Source: Phaeosaccion multiseriatum
Taxonomy: Eukaryota; Protista; Ochrophyta, other classes
DNA length: 64,000 bases
NCBI GenBank assembly: GCA_965112735.1
Contig: OZ218961.1
Span: 2,852,001 to 2,916,000 of the forward strand
Reading direction: 5' to 3'
Shown here: in pieces, positions 13,801-26,320 of the stretch
Numbering within the stretch: position 1 is the first letter of the stretch
Layout: every line of letters begins with the position of its first letter
Notes under the pieces: generated by a model
Database searches by the model: none
What the model was told of the DNA's origin: nothing
The model's input: only the letters and a program-made list of their open reading frames with translations
Program-made: the position numbers and the translations under genes

Positions 13801-15161
13801 GGGATGGGAGTAACGTGGGGGGGCGCTCGTTGGAGGAGAGGAGCAGGAGCAGGAGCAGGAGCAGGAGTATTGACAGCGGTAGCAGCAGCTCGGGAGACAG
13901 TAGTAGCAGCAGGAGCAGCAGCAGCAGCCCCAGCAACAATCCGAGCAGCACCAGCACCAGCAGCGGTAGCAGTGGCACGATAGCCGCTGCTTTGGTATTT
14001 CCCGAAGCTCGGTGTGTGGAGGGTGTTGGCGCGGAGCAAGAAGAAGAGGAGGAGGGGGAGGGGGAGGAGGAGGAGGAGGAGGAGAAGGCGGGTTCGTCCC
14101 GCCCACCGCCGACACTCGCACGCAGCTCAAACGCGCAAAGTGTACAGCGAAAGCACGCACATCGGTGGAAACGAGACGCCGGTCGGCTAAGGCGTCTCAG
14201 CAGCGCTGACGTCCATGCTGGTGGCTCTTCCAATGCCGCTGGATCATCCGCTGCTGTACCACCAACTGCTGCAGCTGGTGCTTGTGCCATGTCAGCTCTT
14301 CCCACTCATGGAGGAGGATTCGCGGATCTCCCGGCCTCTCCCCTCGACGACGCTTCGCCACTGCTCCCCTCTTCACAGTACCTTGTATGCCTCAGCGTGT
14401 CGCCGGAAGGGCAGTCGCTGGGGCTGGGACTTGCCATCGAGGGCACCAAGGTGGTGGTGACGGGCTTTGTCAATGGCGCAGATGGAGCCAAGGGACCGGC
14501 GGAGCTCTGTGGGAGGATTTCGATAGGCGACACACTCGTGGCGGTGAATGGGTGAGTGAGTGCAAAGAATTTTATTCGGGTTGGGGTTGGGTGGGTTTGT
14601 GTGAGAAACGTACATATATAACAGTATTGTAGTATACGCTTGTACATTGGAAGAACACCAACAGACGAAACCAAGAGGCAGAGGGAGTTGTTCTCTCTCT
14701 TGCCGTGTATGTGAGAGAGAGGGCGGACTGACTGGCTTGACTCCATCCCCCTCCCCCCACCCAGCCCCGACCCCCCTGCTGGCCTCTCTGCTTGCTCGCT
14801 CCAACACCGAAACACTGACTGAAACATCTATGTGTTTTCTTCTCTGCTCTTCCCTCCCCCCCTCCCTCCCTTCCTCCCTCTCTCTCTCCTTCCCTCCCTT
14901 CCTCCCTCCCTCCCTCCCTCCCTCCCTCCCTCCTTCCTGAGTACAGGAAAGACTTGACACTAATGACCTTCTCGGGTATCGTCCGTGAGTTACGATCCCT
15001 CCTACGCATCCCCAACGGGGCAACCCTCAACACGCTTTTGCAGTTCCAGGCCTCAGCCAAGGAGGGGCCCGTCTCCGAGAGAGGCAGCAGCGGCGACCTG
15101 GGGGTTGGCGGGGTCAGCGGGAGTGCTCCCGTCGTACTCACAGAGGTGCGCAATGCAATAC

Positions 15162-15222
<61 letters not shown>

Positions 15223-15319
15223 GGTTGTCTTTGTTGTGTTGTGGTCTAGTTGTAACGGTTGATGGTGGTGGTGGTGGTGGTGATGGTGTTGACGAAGACG
15301 ACGACGAGCGTGATGATGG

Positions 15320-15366
<47 letters not shown>

Positions 15367-18300
15367 GTGATGGTGATGATGACGTGTGCAATGTTTTTAT
15401 GCTGTCTTGTTGACGCTCTTCGCCCCCCCCCCTTCTTCCTTCCCCCTTCACCCTCTTCATCGTCAGCAACGCTCCTCCTCCTCCGCCATGAAGCGGGTCA
15501 ACAGCAGCACCAGCATCAGCATGAGCGGGAATCCGAAACTGAATCTGAATCAAAGTCAGGGTGACATTCTTCGCACAGGGGTCAATGACATTCGCCAGAG
15601 GCTTCGTGGCGACGTGCAAGAGCTGCAGGCCCTAGCCAGAGCAACACTCGTGAGTTTGAGTGTCAGTTTATACAGTCGTGTTTCCTCCCTCCCTCCTCCC
15701 TGTTGTTTTTGTCCTCCCTGTTGTTCTCTGGTCCTGTATTGACCCCTTTTTTGTAACTGTAACTTTCTTTTACAGTGACCGACCGACAATTTCTCTTTTC
15801 ATCTTCCCGCTTTGTTCGTGTGTCTTCATTTTTCCATTTTTCGCCTTTTACCTCCTTTCTTTTTGATAACCCTCTTCCCCCTCCTCCTCCTCCTCCTCTC
15901 TCTCTCTCCCTCCCTCCCTCCCTCCCTCCCTCCCTCCCTCCCTCCCTCTTCCTCTCCCTCTCTTGCCCAGGGGGACAGCACATCAGAGTGGCCCATAGGA
16001 CTGCAGAGGGCAGCGCGGGTGGGCGGATGGGAGGGCTTTCAGGCAAGGAGGAGAAGAAGGAGGATGAAGAGGGCACAGAAAGGCAGAAGAGAAGCGACGA
16101 GTTCAAGGATACCCCCCGTAACGGCCGCTGCGGTTAGGGACCAAGTGCTCACCACAGACGCAACTCTCTCCCTCCACAGGACGAAATTGGACCGTCTAAA
16201 GACACAGGAGGGAGTGGGCGGAGAGGAGGAAGAGGACGAGGGTGGGACGCGGGACGGACCAAGGCTATGAAGGGCCAACTGATGTGGGGAGAGAGCTCCT
16301 CGGACAGCCCTGGGGAAGGGAGAAGCAACATGAGGCTGGATATGACAGGAGAGGAGGCCGCAGAGCAGCTCGCGCTCATTGCAGGTGTGTGTGTGTGTGT
16401 GTGGGGGGGGGGGGGATATTTGTGTTTCTGTGAGTATGTGTGTGAGAGCGTGTGTGTGTGGGTGTGTGGGTGTGCGTGAGTGTGCCACGGCCCAGCAGGG
16501 GGGGACATCACTCACTCCTCTGGAACATCGCTCGCTCCTCCGATCGATCTGTCGCCATCTTTTACATTGATCTCGCCACCCACCCACCCACCCACCTACA
16601 CACACACACACCAACATACACACCCACCCACACACACACACACACCTACACACACACACTAACACCCACACACACCCACACACCCACACACCCACACACA
16701 CACACACACACCCACACACACCCACACACCCACCTACCCACCCACACACACACACCCACACACACCCACACACCCACACACCCACACATACACACACACA
16801 CCCACACACACACACACACACTACACACACACACCCACACACCCACACACACACCTACCCACCCACCCACCCACCCACACCCACACCCACACACACCAGG
16901 AGATGTGCGTGTGCTGTACTGGATCAAGCGTGCCTCCGAGCCGTCGAGGTTCTACGAGGGAAGGGCCGGGACAAGCTTGCTTCTCCACTCCGCCAAGCCA
17001 CCCAAACCTCTCCATCCCACACACGCCTCCTTTTCGCGTGACGGGAGCAGCAGCCGTGACCGCAGGAGCAGGAGCAGGAGAAGGAGGAGCAGGAGTAGGA
17101 ATAGGAATAGGAATAGGAGCAGGAGCAGCGAGGGCAGATGTTCCAGGCGAAGGAGATATGATGGGGAGGTGAAGGAGGATAAAGAGGGGGAGGAGGAGGG
17201 ACAGGGGCAAGAGGAAGAGGAGGAAGAGGGGGAGGGAAGTACACGTGTTTGGGGTGGGGGTCGTCGCCCCTCGCTGGCTGCGGTTAGCGCTCTGGTGGAG
17301 AAGGAGCTCGGACGGGGGCTGAACAAGAAGGAGAAGACCACCACAGAAGGAGGGGGGGGGGGAGGCAGGAGAAGGACGAAGAGGAGGAAAGGGGGCAGCG
17401 CGGCAGCAGCAGCAGCAGCAAAGATGGAGGAGGGCGGAGCGGCGGTCAGCAGGAGCAGTGGCGGTGGTCGAGCAGCCATGGTGACGAAGGAGAAGAAGAG
17501 GAAGAAGAGGAACAGAGAGTGGCGCAATGCTGATGCTGTCATCCCGCGGGCGGAGGTGGTGCTAGAGGCGATGGTAGCGACGGCTCTAAGGCAAGAGGCG
17601 GCGGTGGCAGCAGCTGCCGTGGGGGATCATCCACAGCAGCAGCAGTTGGTGATACAGCAGCAGAAGCAGCACATGGAGATCGGTGCTGAGGGAGGAGGGC
17701 GCACGAGGGATGGCAGTGGTGATGATGAAGATGATGGTGATGATGATGACCATGTCCTGTATGATCTTGACTCGGCTGTTGCAGAGGTGCTCAGGGTCGC
17801 GAGTGGACAGGTGAGACAGCGGGCGGGAGAGTGATGATGTATGAGAGAGAGGGGCAGAGAGTGGTAGTGGAAGAGAGAGGGAGGCGGAGGGACAGAGGGA
17901 GACAGAAAGGGCAAAAGACTTCTTTCCTGTTGGAAATTGCCTCAACGCAGCGCCATGTCATTGTAATCCCCACTCCTCTCCTCTCTCCTCTCCTCCTCTT
18001 CTTGTCTCTTTTGTTGGGTCCTCCCCCCCCCCCCCCAAGTTGAGGTACTTTGAGACGAAAAGCACGAGGACCCTTCCTGCAGGGGGCTCTGGACCGTTTG
18101 GGCTTGGGCCAGAGTTAAGTCGGGCAGCTGCCGCTCCAAGCCCGTCCTGGCCGCCGCTGCACCTGACACTAAGTATCGCCACGGCTCTGGCTCTGGGCAA
18201 TGATTCGGTGTTGACAGCACAGGTGAGGAGGGGGAAAGAAAGGGTCGGGTGGTTGGGTTGGTGAGTTGGTGAGTTGATAGGTTGGTTGGTTGGTTGGTTG

Positions 18301-20588
18301 GTTGGTTGGTTGGTTGGTTGGTGAGTTGGTTAGTTCTTTGGTTGGTTGGTTGGTTGGTTGTTTGTTGGTTGGCTGGTTGGTTAGTTGGTTGGTTGGTTGG
18401 TTAGTTGGTTAGCAGGTTGGTTAGTAGGTTGTTGGTTGGTTGGGTGGGTGGGTGGGTGGTTAGTTGGTCGATTGGTTAGTTGGTTGGTTAGTTGGTTGGT
18501 CATCTGGTTGGTTGGTTGGTTGGTTGGTTAGCTAGAGCTCGGGGAATATACCACCCAACGCACAGATACACAGATCCTCTCTGCCTGTATCTGAGCTTAC
18601 CTCCAGCCCCTCCCTGGCTCCATTCCTCCCCCCCCTCTCTCTCTCTCTTCCTCTCTCTCTCCTTCCTCGTCTCTGTTTGAGATGATCACAGATGGACCAC
18701 GTGCTGCGTGTGTGGAGTCGTCTGTTCACCCCCCTCCCCCCTCCTCAGCGCGCTGTGGTGTGGGCACCGGCGGCAGCCACCGAAGCGGCAGACGGAGGAG
18801 AGGAGGCGCTTCGCAGCAAGCACCACAGACAGCTCACGTGCCAATTGGCTACGCGTTTCATGCAGGTGAGAGCTTCCCTCTGCTGCCATCTGATGCCATC
18901 TACCGCCATCGGTATTACCCACAGAGGAGAGGTTGGCTGGCCCTCATTCCTGAAACTCTGCAGCCGTCCAAACTCTCAAGGAGCAGCTACCCTACCCCAC
19001 CCCACCCTACCCTACCCCACCCTACCCTACCCTACCCTACCCTACCCTACCCCACCCCACCCTACCCTACTCTGCACTACCCTGCACTACCCTCCCCTGT
19101 CCTTCCACAGCCTACCCTACCCTACCCTCGCCCACCTCACCCTCACCCATGGAAGATACAGGCAGAGAAAGAGAGAGAAGAGGGGAGAGAGGCAGACCGA
19201 TGCCACCTTAAGAGTCTCTCACCCACCCCTTCTTTCTCATCCTCCACCACCACCTCCTCCTCCTCCTCCTCATCCTCCTCCTCCTCCTCCTCCTCCTCCT
19301 CCTCCTATCTTCCCTTCTCTTTCTCCCAACCCGTCCGTGGCCCTGTCCTGCGCTACACACTATGCATGACGCGTGTCCATGTGTTGTCTTGTCTTTATTC
19401 AGCTGCACCTCTGTGGGGCCCATCTGGTGCGACAAGGCAAGGTGGAGGGGTCCGTTCCCTCATTGCAAGCGGCGTGGGCCCCTCATCCAGGCCTTTCGTC
19501 CACCCTCCACATTGCTACTGGTAGCGACAAGGCGACAGGCGCGCAGGCAGGGGCGTCTCTCGCTGATCTTCCTCGGTGGTCTGAGGTGCGGTGGCGTGGG
19601 AGAAGAGGACATCGGCGGAGGCGGGGTGGGGTGGGGGAGGGGATGTATAGTTGTCTTTGTTCGCCGGTTGTGAGAGGAACAAAGAGTGGCACCTGGAGGT
19701 TTCTTGCTGCTACCACCATGTGCCCTTTTGTGTCTCTGCTGCTGCTGTACATCACCAACTGCTGCTGCTGCTCTGCTTGCGCGCTGTGTTGTTCATGTGT
19801 TTGCAGGAGGACGTTGGAAAGTACGTGAGAAAGTTTGGGGCGTACTTAAGCTTGGACCATGCAGCTGCAGCGGTGAGTTGTGTGTGTGCAGAGAGCGAGA
19901 GAGAGAGAGAGGGAGGGAGGGAGGGAGGGAGGGAGGGAGAATCAATGATCTGTAACCGTAACTTCTGCCCCGCTCCATCGTACCAAGAGGAAGCCTCATC
20001 ACCCCCTTCCCTCTCCCCCCCCCTTATCCCCTCCGTCCGCCTCTGGTCTGTTCCATCCACTCCACTCCACTCCACTCCACTTCGCTCCACTCCACTCCCC
20101 CCTCCTGCGCTCCGACTCTGCCGCCTCAAAGCTTTGCACAGCGGAGATGCGTAATGAGCTTGCCTCCCTCCTCCTCTTGGCCGCCTTTTCCCCGGCTTTC
20201 GTGCAGCGGCAGCAGCAGCTGGAGGGCTTGGTTGGAGCACCCCTGGGGTTTCCGAGGGCAGTCCGAGCCGCCTCCGGAGAGAGCGTCCACGTGAGGGAGC
20301 TCCTCTCTCCAGCGCCGCAGGTGTGTGGGCATAAGAGTTGGGGGGCGGTGAGGAGAGATGAGAAATAGACTCGGTAGGGCTGCTTAGGCTTGGGCTTCTT
20401 CGTCCTCCTATACATGCCAACTCACTCCTCTCCCGCTTGGACACTTTTCGCCCTCCACCCTTCACCCCTTGGCTCGATCCGTGTTTGTTGTTCACTCCCC
20501 TGAGTCTCACCTTTCTTTCACCTCCCTCTCTCTCTCCCTCTCCGCCTGTCTTGTACCTCAGGAGGGACAGGAGGTAAAAGGGCGCGAG

Positions 20589-20622
<34 letters not shown>

Positions 20623-22084
20623 GTCCTGCCTCTGAGGAGCGCTCTACCCTGTGTCTCCTCTTGTCCCGAATGCCCTTGATTTGGGAGTGGGACGCCGCCG
20701 AAGCCGCTCAACTCTGCAGCTTGCACTTCCCTAATGTTCGGCCTTGGTGTGTGTGGGAAGTGCTGTACGGGGAGCCGGGATGGTGCGGCAGGGGCGGCGG
20801 TGGTGGGGGGGGGGATGGCAGCCAGAGCAGCAGCAGGAGGAGCAGGAGCAGGAGCAGGAGCAGCAGCACGGGGCGGAGCGGGGGACAGGGTCAGGGTATG
20901 GGTCAGGGTCAGAGTCAGGGTCAGCCGGCAATGAGTGAAAGGAGCAAGTTGGAGAAAGACGTATGCTTCCACTTGTATCTGTGGACGGTACTGCAGGACC
21001 ACGCGACGGTCGCTGGGGCCGACCAGCGCCTTGTCCAACGGTGCGCAGAACTGTCCATTAAGCTCGGAGCTCTGTTTAGACGAGTCGAAGTGGGTGAAAT
21101 TACGCTGGCTGCTCTCCACGGTGAAGGAGGTGAAGGAGGTGAAGGAGATGGGGCTGCAGCGCTATCACCTGATGTGAGGAGTGCCGTGCACAAGCTGCTA
21201 CCCTGGCATGACTACGGGCTGTGCAGCAAGGTGCTCGGTGCTGCCACTGCCACCGCCACTTCTGCTGCTACTGGTGATGTTGGTGAGATGGGGGCTTCAA
21301 CAGTTGGTGACGACGACCTTGTGTCCAAGCGATACTTGAGCTGCGTAGCAGAGCTGATCCGGCACCGCCGAGCACCGGGGTGGGACCGCTCCCTCCGGCA
21401 AGAGAGCCTTCCCCTGGGGTGGATGTTGGTCACTAGCAGAGGAGGGAGTATGCTCAGCCGATCGCAACAAGGGAAGGAGGGTGAGGAGGAGGGGGCACAA
21501 GAAGAAGATGATGATGATGATGGCTTTGCAGAGGCAGCTCTCTTAGTTGGCGCAGCCTTCGTGGACAGCTGGGTGGATGGCAGTGGAAGGAGTCTCAGCC
21601 GGGCTGCCCCGAAGGAGGCAGAGGTAGAAGCTGTTAGAGAGGCGCTGGAGGCTGCGGCGAAAGCGGCGTGGCGAAGGAGGGACGGCAAGTTACTGGCCAG
21701 AGCGTTGCAAGAGAGGCATGAGGCAGAGGCGGTGCTCAGCTCCTTAGCTACAGATGTGGTGGGGAAGGCAGACACGCAAGCCCTTGATGTGGTTGCTCAG
21801 CTGGTGCGAGATTTGATTGGTCGGCAGCAGCAGCAGCAGTTGGTGATACAGCAGCAGAAGCAGCAGCCGCAGAAGCGGGAGGAGGAGAGTGCATGGACAG
21901 GCGAAGAAATTGCCCACTGTGTGCTGTCAGGCTTAGGCCCTCAGCTCGCTCTCAAGCTCATCGACGTCGTGCCCGCCTTGGGAGAAGCGCTCGGAGACAG
22001 TGCCTCGAGCTTCTTTGGGCACGTGCTTTCGGCACAAAGGAGGGAGGCGAAGGAGAAGCAGATTGCGCACGCCGTCTTTAGCGC

Positions 22085-22118
<34 letters not shown>

Positions 22119-22595
22119 GCTGCTACTGCTGCTGCTGCGATATCACCAACTGCTACTGCTGCTGCGGCTCCTGCGGCTCCTGCTGCTCCTGCTGCTCCTG
22201 CTGCTGTGTCATCAAGTACTGCTCTGTCGAGGATGGGGTCCGTCGCCTCGGCAGGCTACGCTCCTCCTCCCGCATGGGCAAGTCATCATCATCATCCTCC
22301 TCCTCCTCCTCCGAGTGTCAGCCCCGCACCAGGAGCGCGATGCATGTACTGCGACATGTACTGCCATCCCCCTCGGTCGGCGGCGCCCACCTTCACCTAC
22401 CAAAGCCAAAGAAGCAGCCGGGCAGGGACAGGGGCGGGAGTAGATAATGATGATGATGATGATGATGCTGCTGCTGCTGCTGCTGTCGTGCACACCCTGC
22501 CTTGTGGTCATGTCTTTCACGCCGTGTGCGCAGAGAGCCTCAGCGCTCCACTCAGCGACTGTCTCGAATGCTCAGACCTCTTGGAGGGGTATTGA
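8927..22595 (+). CDS. Large multi-exon HPS5/TECPR2-like protein: N-terminal beta-propeller, central PDZ domain, helical region, C-terminal RING-H2
   Basis: N-terminal [26 protein letters not shown] resembles the first HPS5/TECPR2 blade. PDZ signature [39 protein letters not shown]|KDL at about 14380-15050. RING-H2 CMYC...[11 protein letters not shown]...CLEC at 22341-22571. From about 12150 to 22595 the exons chain in frame via GT-AG; the 5' exons were checked less fully. The exact exon set is uncertain. Confidence 0.62.
13072..13275. repeat. Intronic ~31-bp minisatellite, about 6 degenerate copies
   Basis: Unit approximately CCACACCCCATCCACTGCCATCCATCGATTA, lying just after the donor at about 13068. 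Confidence 0.85.
18245..18530. repeat. (GGTT)n intronic microsatellite, representative of the many intronic SSRs (CT, CA, CCCT, CCT, CCAA, TAG, TTG, GAGT)
   Basis: Directly visible. Comparable tracts at 16580-16897 (CA), 44105-44395 (CCAA), 51463-51710 (CCT), 57600-58100 (CTA/CCT) and 63475-63770 (TAG). Confidence 0.95.
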
Positions 22596-22787
22596 GTGAG
22601 ACGAGAGCAGACGAGAGTGGAAGGGTGGGGGTGCCAGTACTGTGCAGCAAACAGCCCCCCCCCCCAAGTCTGAAATTAAGGTGGAAGCGAAGACGTTTTG
22701 TAGTGGGGTCGGAGGGAATTGGCACCAACAAGGGAAGGTGCACATTGTTTATATTGACGTTGTAAATAAAGTGCCTTCTGACCAATC

Positions 22788-25700
22788 TTACACCGCAGCA
22801 GCTGCGTTCTCGGCTGTACGGCTGTGCTTCTCTCCCTCCCCTGCAGCAAGGGCTTTAAACCTCGCACAGATAGGAGCCAACGCAGACACGCTGTCTGCGC
22901 ACTCGTCCAGAATCGAACCCGCGCCTTGCTCGTCGAGCACGCACACGAGGGCCCCTACTTGCTCCGCCGCCGCCCGCACCTGCTGGAGCAACAGCTCCGT
23001 TGCACGCCCCCTCGGGTGGCACCAGTAGCTACTGATGCTGCTCTTGCTGCTGCTGCTGCTGGTGGTGGTGGTGGTGGTGCTGCTGCTGCTCTCTGCTGTG
23101 TGGTCAGGGGGGTTTGTCTCAGCGCATACGAGGAGGACATTGCAGAGCACTTTGCCGGAGTGTGCGGGCACCCGTGGCCACGTGTAGAGGAGGGCGGAGT
23201 GTAGCGTCGACAGTACCGCCCGACTCACAAGCAGGTCCTTGGTACGGAGTTGCTGTAACAGGCACAAGAGGAGCGGTCGGAGATGTTCGGCCTGAGGGTA
23301 GACGAGGAGAGGGAGCAGGAAGAGGAGCCGGGTCCATAGTGTGAAGGAGGGTGAGGGTAGAGCAGTAGGGAAGAAACAGATGAGCAGGGACGAAGGAAAG
23401 AGAAGAGGAGGCTAGGCGAAAGAGGAAACGCCAACTTCCGACTCTGCCCCGCACGATTTCACACGCAGAGGTGAGCAGTCCTTCCGTCACCCCCTCCATC
23501 CACCCGCATCGTCACCCCGCCCCCTCCCCTCCTCCCCCCCCCGAACTCCTCCCTGGGTCTTGTTGGAGAGAATGCCCTCGTCCAGTCAGCCCCGTAAGTG
23601 AAATAAGCACACACCGTCCACTGCCATCCTCACTGTCTTCTCCATCGTACCAGAGCAAAGCCCCCGTGCACTCGAGGGGAAGCGATGAGCGCATGCAGCC
23701 CTGTCACCATGGCGACCTTGACATCGGCGTTGGTGATTCGCGAGATCCTCTTGACGACGACGGGTACGAGGCAGCGTGCCGCATGCTGCTGAGACGACGA
23801 GAAGGAAGAGCGGGGGCTGGCCTGAAGCAAAGCAGAAACGCAATCGACCCAAGCGTCAAAGGCGGCAGCGTCGCTCAGTCGCTCTGCGTGCCGGCCGAGA
23901 GCATCCCAGAGGAGATCACCGTGCCATGCAATCTCTGTGGGGGTGCCTTCAGCGATGAGGTGTCGGAGGAGGGAGAGGCCTACACACACGCGAGGGACTT
24001 CGTAGTCGTCTGTGGAGGAGGAGGGGAGGGGAGGGGAGAAGACGGTCAGCTTGACGCAGATGGAGTTGAGAATCCCAAAGTTTCTTGTGTACCGAGTGTA
24101 CCGCATGTGAGCGTGTGTGCGACATGCGTGCGTGCGTGCGTGAAGAGAGTGAGCGTAGAGAAGATCCTTCACAGAACAGCAAGAGAGCTTCCACTGCTGA
24201 AGCAGCAGATCTCCGCAACGCTACTGCTGAGCCCAAAAATCCTTTCAAATACCCCGGATAACCCTCTCTCCCTACTGAGCACAAGCAACGAACCTGCGAT
24301 GGGAAGAACGAGTGGCAGCAGCAGCCCGAAATGCTCCCCGCTGAGGTGAGGGAAGCGCACCGCCCTGACCAACGCAGCCACCGAGTGTACCCCTGCGGCT
24401 GAGCACCGGCTGTCTTGGAGGGCGAAGGTGTCGCTGCTCGAGGAGGAAGAGCCTCCTGCTGAGGCGTTGCCTTTGCTGGTCAACCTCAGCTTCTCCCTCA
24501 GACGAGTGGCCATCGCCTGCAAGAGGTCTACGGCCATCTTCTGCTTCTTATGCTTCTTCTTCATGCTGCTGGTGCTGCTGGTTGTGGTGGTGGTGGTGGT
24601 GGTGGTGGTGGTGGTGGTGGAAGAAGTACGAAATAGGTCTTGTGACTGCGCCTGCTGCTGCGGCTGAGAGCGAGGGCTGGTGGCGGCAAAGAGGCTTGCA
24701 AGGTCGTCTACATCCACCCGCCCCTGCTCCTTCTGTTCAAGTACCTCCTCGCTTGACAAGGACCACAAGGCTCGACACACCACGGTCATACAGTCTCTGG
24801 GTAGGGTCGACTTCAGCCTCCATGGCTGGGTCACCCCCTCGGGCAAGACCCGCTGCCGAGAGGGCAAGGCCTGCTTGGTCCCGGTCTTGCTCGTGACCGC
24901 GCAGCAGCAGTGACTACAATAGCAGGGAAGAGGAGCGAGTACGCTGCCACCGCTCCTCCACCTTCCCTCTCCTCCTCTCATCTGCTGCTCCAGCTGCGTC
25001 TGCTGGGCGGCCTTGGCGGCACAAAACTCACCACCGACCCTGTCAGCAGCGAGGGCAGAAGGAGCTTCTGCCCCCAGCCACGGCAGCAGCGAGACTGCCA
25101 CTTCTACCAGCCATGTGGGCATGTTGTCCTTGTCATCTGGAGGAGGGGTTGCCACACCTTCTGCGTCCCCCCCATCCGACGTGCCATTGTACTTCCCCCC
25201 CTCTCCATCTAAGAATAGGAATTCGCCACGTGTCCCGAAGAAGAGCAGCAGGGTATTCCGAGCGCAGGTGAGCAGCACATGCGAGACACCTGCTAGCCAG
25301 CTCTCCAAGACTGATAGCGGCCGCCCATAGTCTTGGGCATTGGACTCTTCCCCTCGAAGGATGGCCCAGGCACGGGGTATGCAGGTCAAGGCCTTTGCAA
25401 GGCTCAGCAGCAACGCTCTTGGGGGAGGAGAAGCTGGGGGCTTTGCCCCTTCCTCTCGACAGTGGGAAGATCCCTTCCCCTTCGCCTCCCCCCCGCCCTC
25501 CTGCTCCTCCTCGCTCTTCTGCCGCTCATCGTGTTGCTTCCCTTGACCATACCCCCGCCCCCCTTCCCCTCCTAAGCATAGAAGCATGACCTCCGTGCAC
25601 AGGCCCTGAGCATACAGCACCTTGAAGGCCTTGATGGCCCTCTCCTGCCCGCTCTTTTCAAGTGCGGGAGCTAAGGACGACAAAGATGCCAGCGACGTGA

Positions 25701-26103
25701 CGGCCCGCCCTAGGTCATCAGAGAAGCGGAGGAAGGAAAGTACCGCTACAGAAAGGCTCTCTCCGTCGCCCCCGGCCGGAAGAGCCGCCACTGACTCGAG
25801 CAGTTGGATGGGAAGCGTCTCCCGCTCCTCGCCGGGTCGAAAAGGTACCTTTCTCATGTACGCCACAGTGCCATCTGCAGATCCAGAAGTAGCAGACGAA
25901 GACGAAGAAGAAGCAGAAGAAGCTGCGGCTCCCGCGGCTAGAGGGCTCGAAGCCCACGTCAGCTCCAGCTCGTCCGGAGAAGGAGGCATGGAGGGCAGAG
26001 AGGTCGCCACAGCATCTTGCACCTCTCTCAGACACGCCTTTGCGTTGACCGGGGTGTCGCGGGCCCTCTGAAGCAGCAGCTTCCACCCATGATCATCTTG
26101 CAT
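22788..26103 (-). CDS. TTI2: TEL2-interacting protein 2 (TTT complex, HEAT-repeat), 3 exons
   Basis: Exons 26103-24294, 24009-~23651 and 23292-22788 give LLPLVLPIA-DDYEVPRVCVGLSLLRHLI, GGFAL-AEHLRPLLLCLL and LYTWPRVPAH, matching the Tti2 DDY and WPRI/V motifs. Confidence 0.75.
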
Positions 26104-26320
26104 TTGTTTTGTCCAAATCCTCTCTTTCTCGCCTTATCTCTCTCTTATCTCTCTCTCCGTGCGGCGGGCGAAGTAGGGATCATTTTTTTTTTTTTTAGTA
26201 GGGATCAAGTAGGAGAACTTTCAATCCACGGTGAGTCACAGATGCCGACGAGACGATAGACATGGACGATCCCTTCGTCCCACCCAGCACCCAGCTCCCT
26301 TTTTAGTTTGGCGTGGTAAT

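Noticed and set aside
16240-16348. Apparent stop/frameshift (TGA at about 16268) splitting the HPS5-like gene
   Set aside because: A phase-1 GT-AG intron (about 16241-16348) removes the stop and restores frame, so no recoding needs to be invoked. This remains unverified without cDNA.
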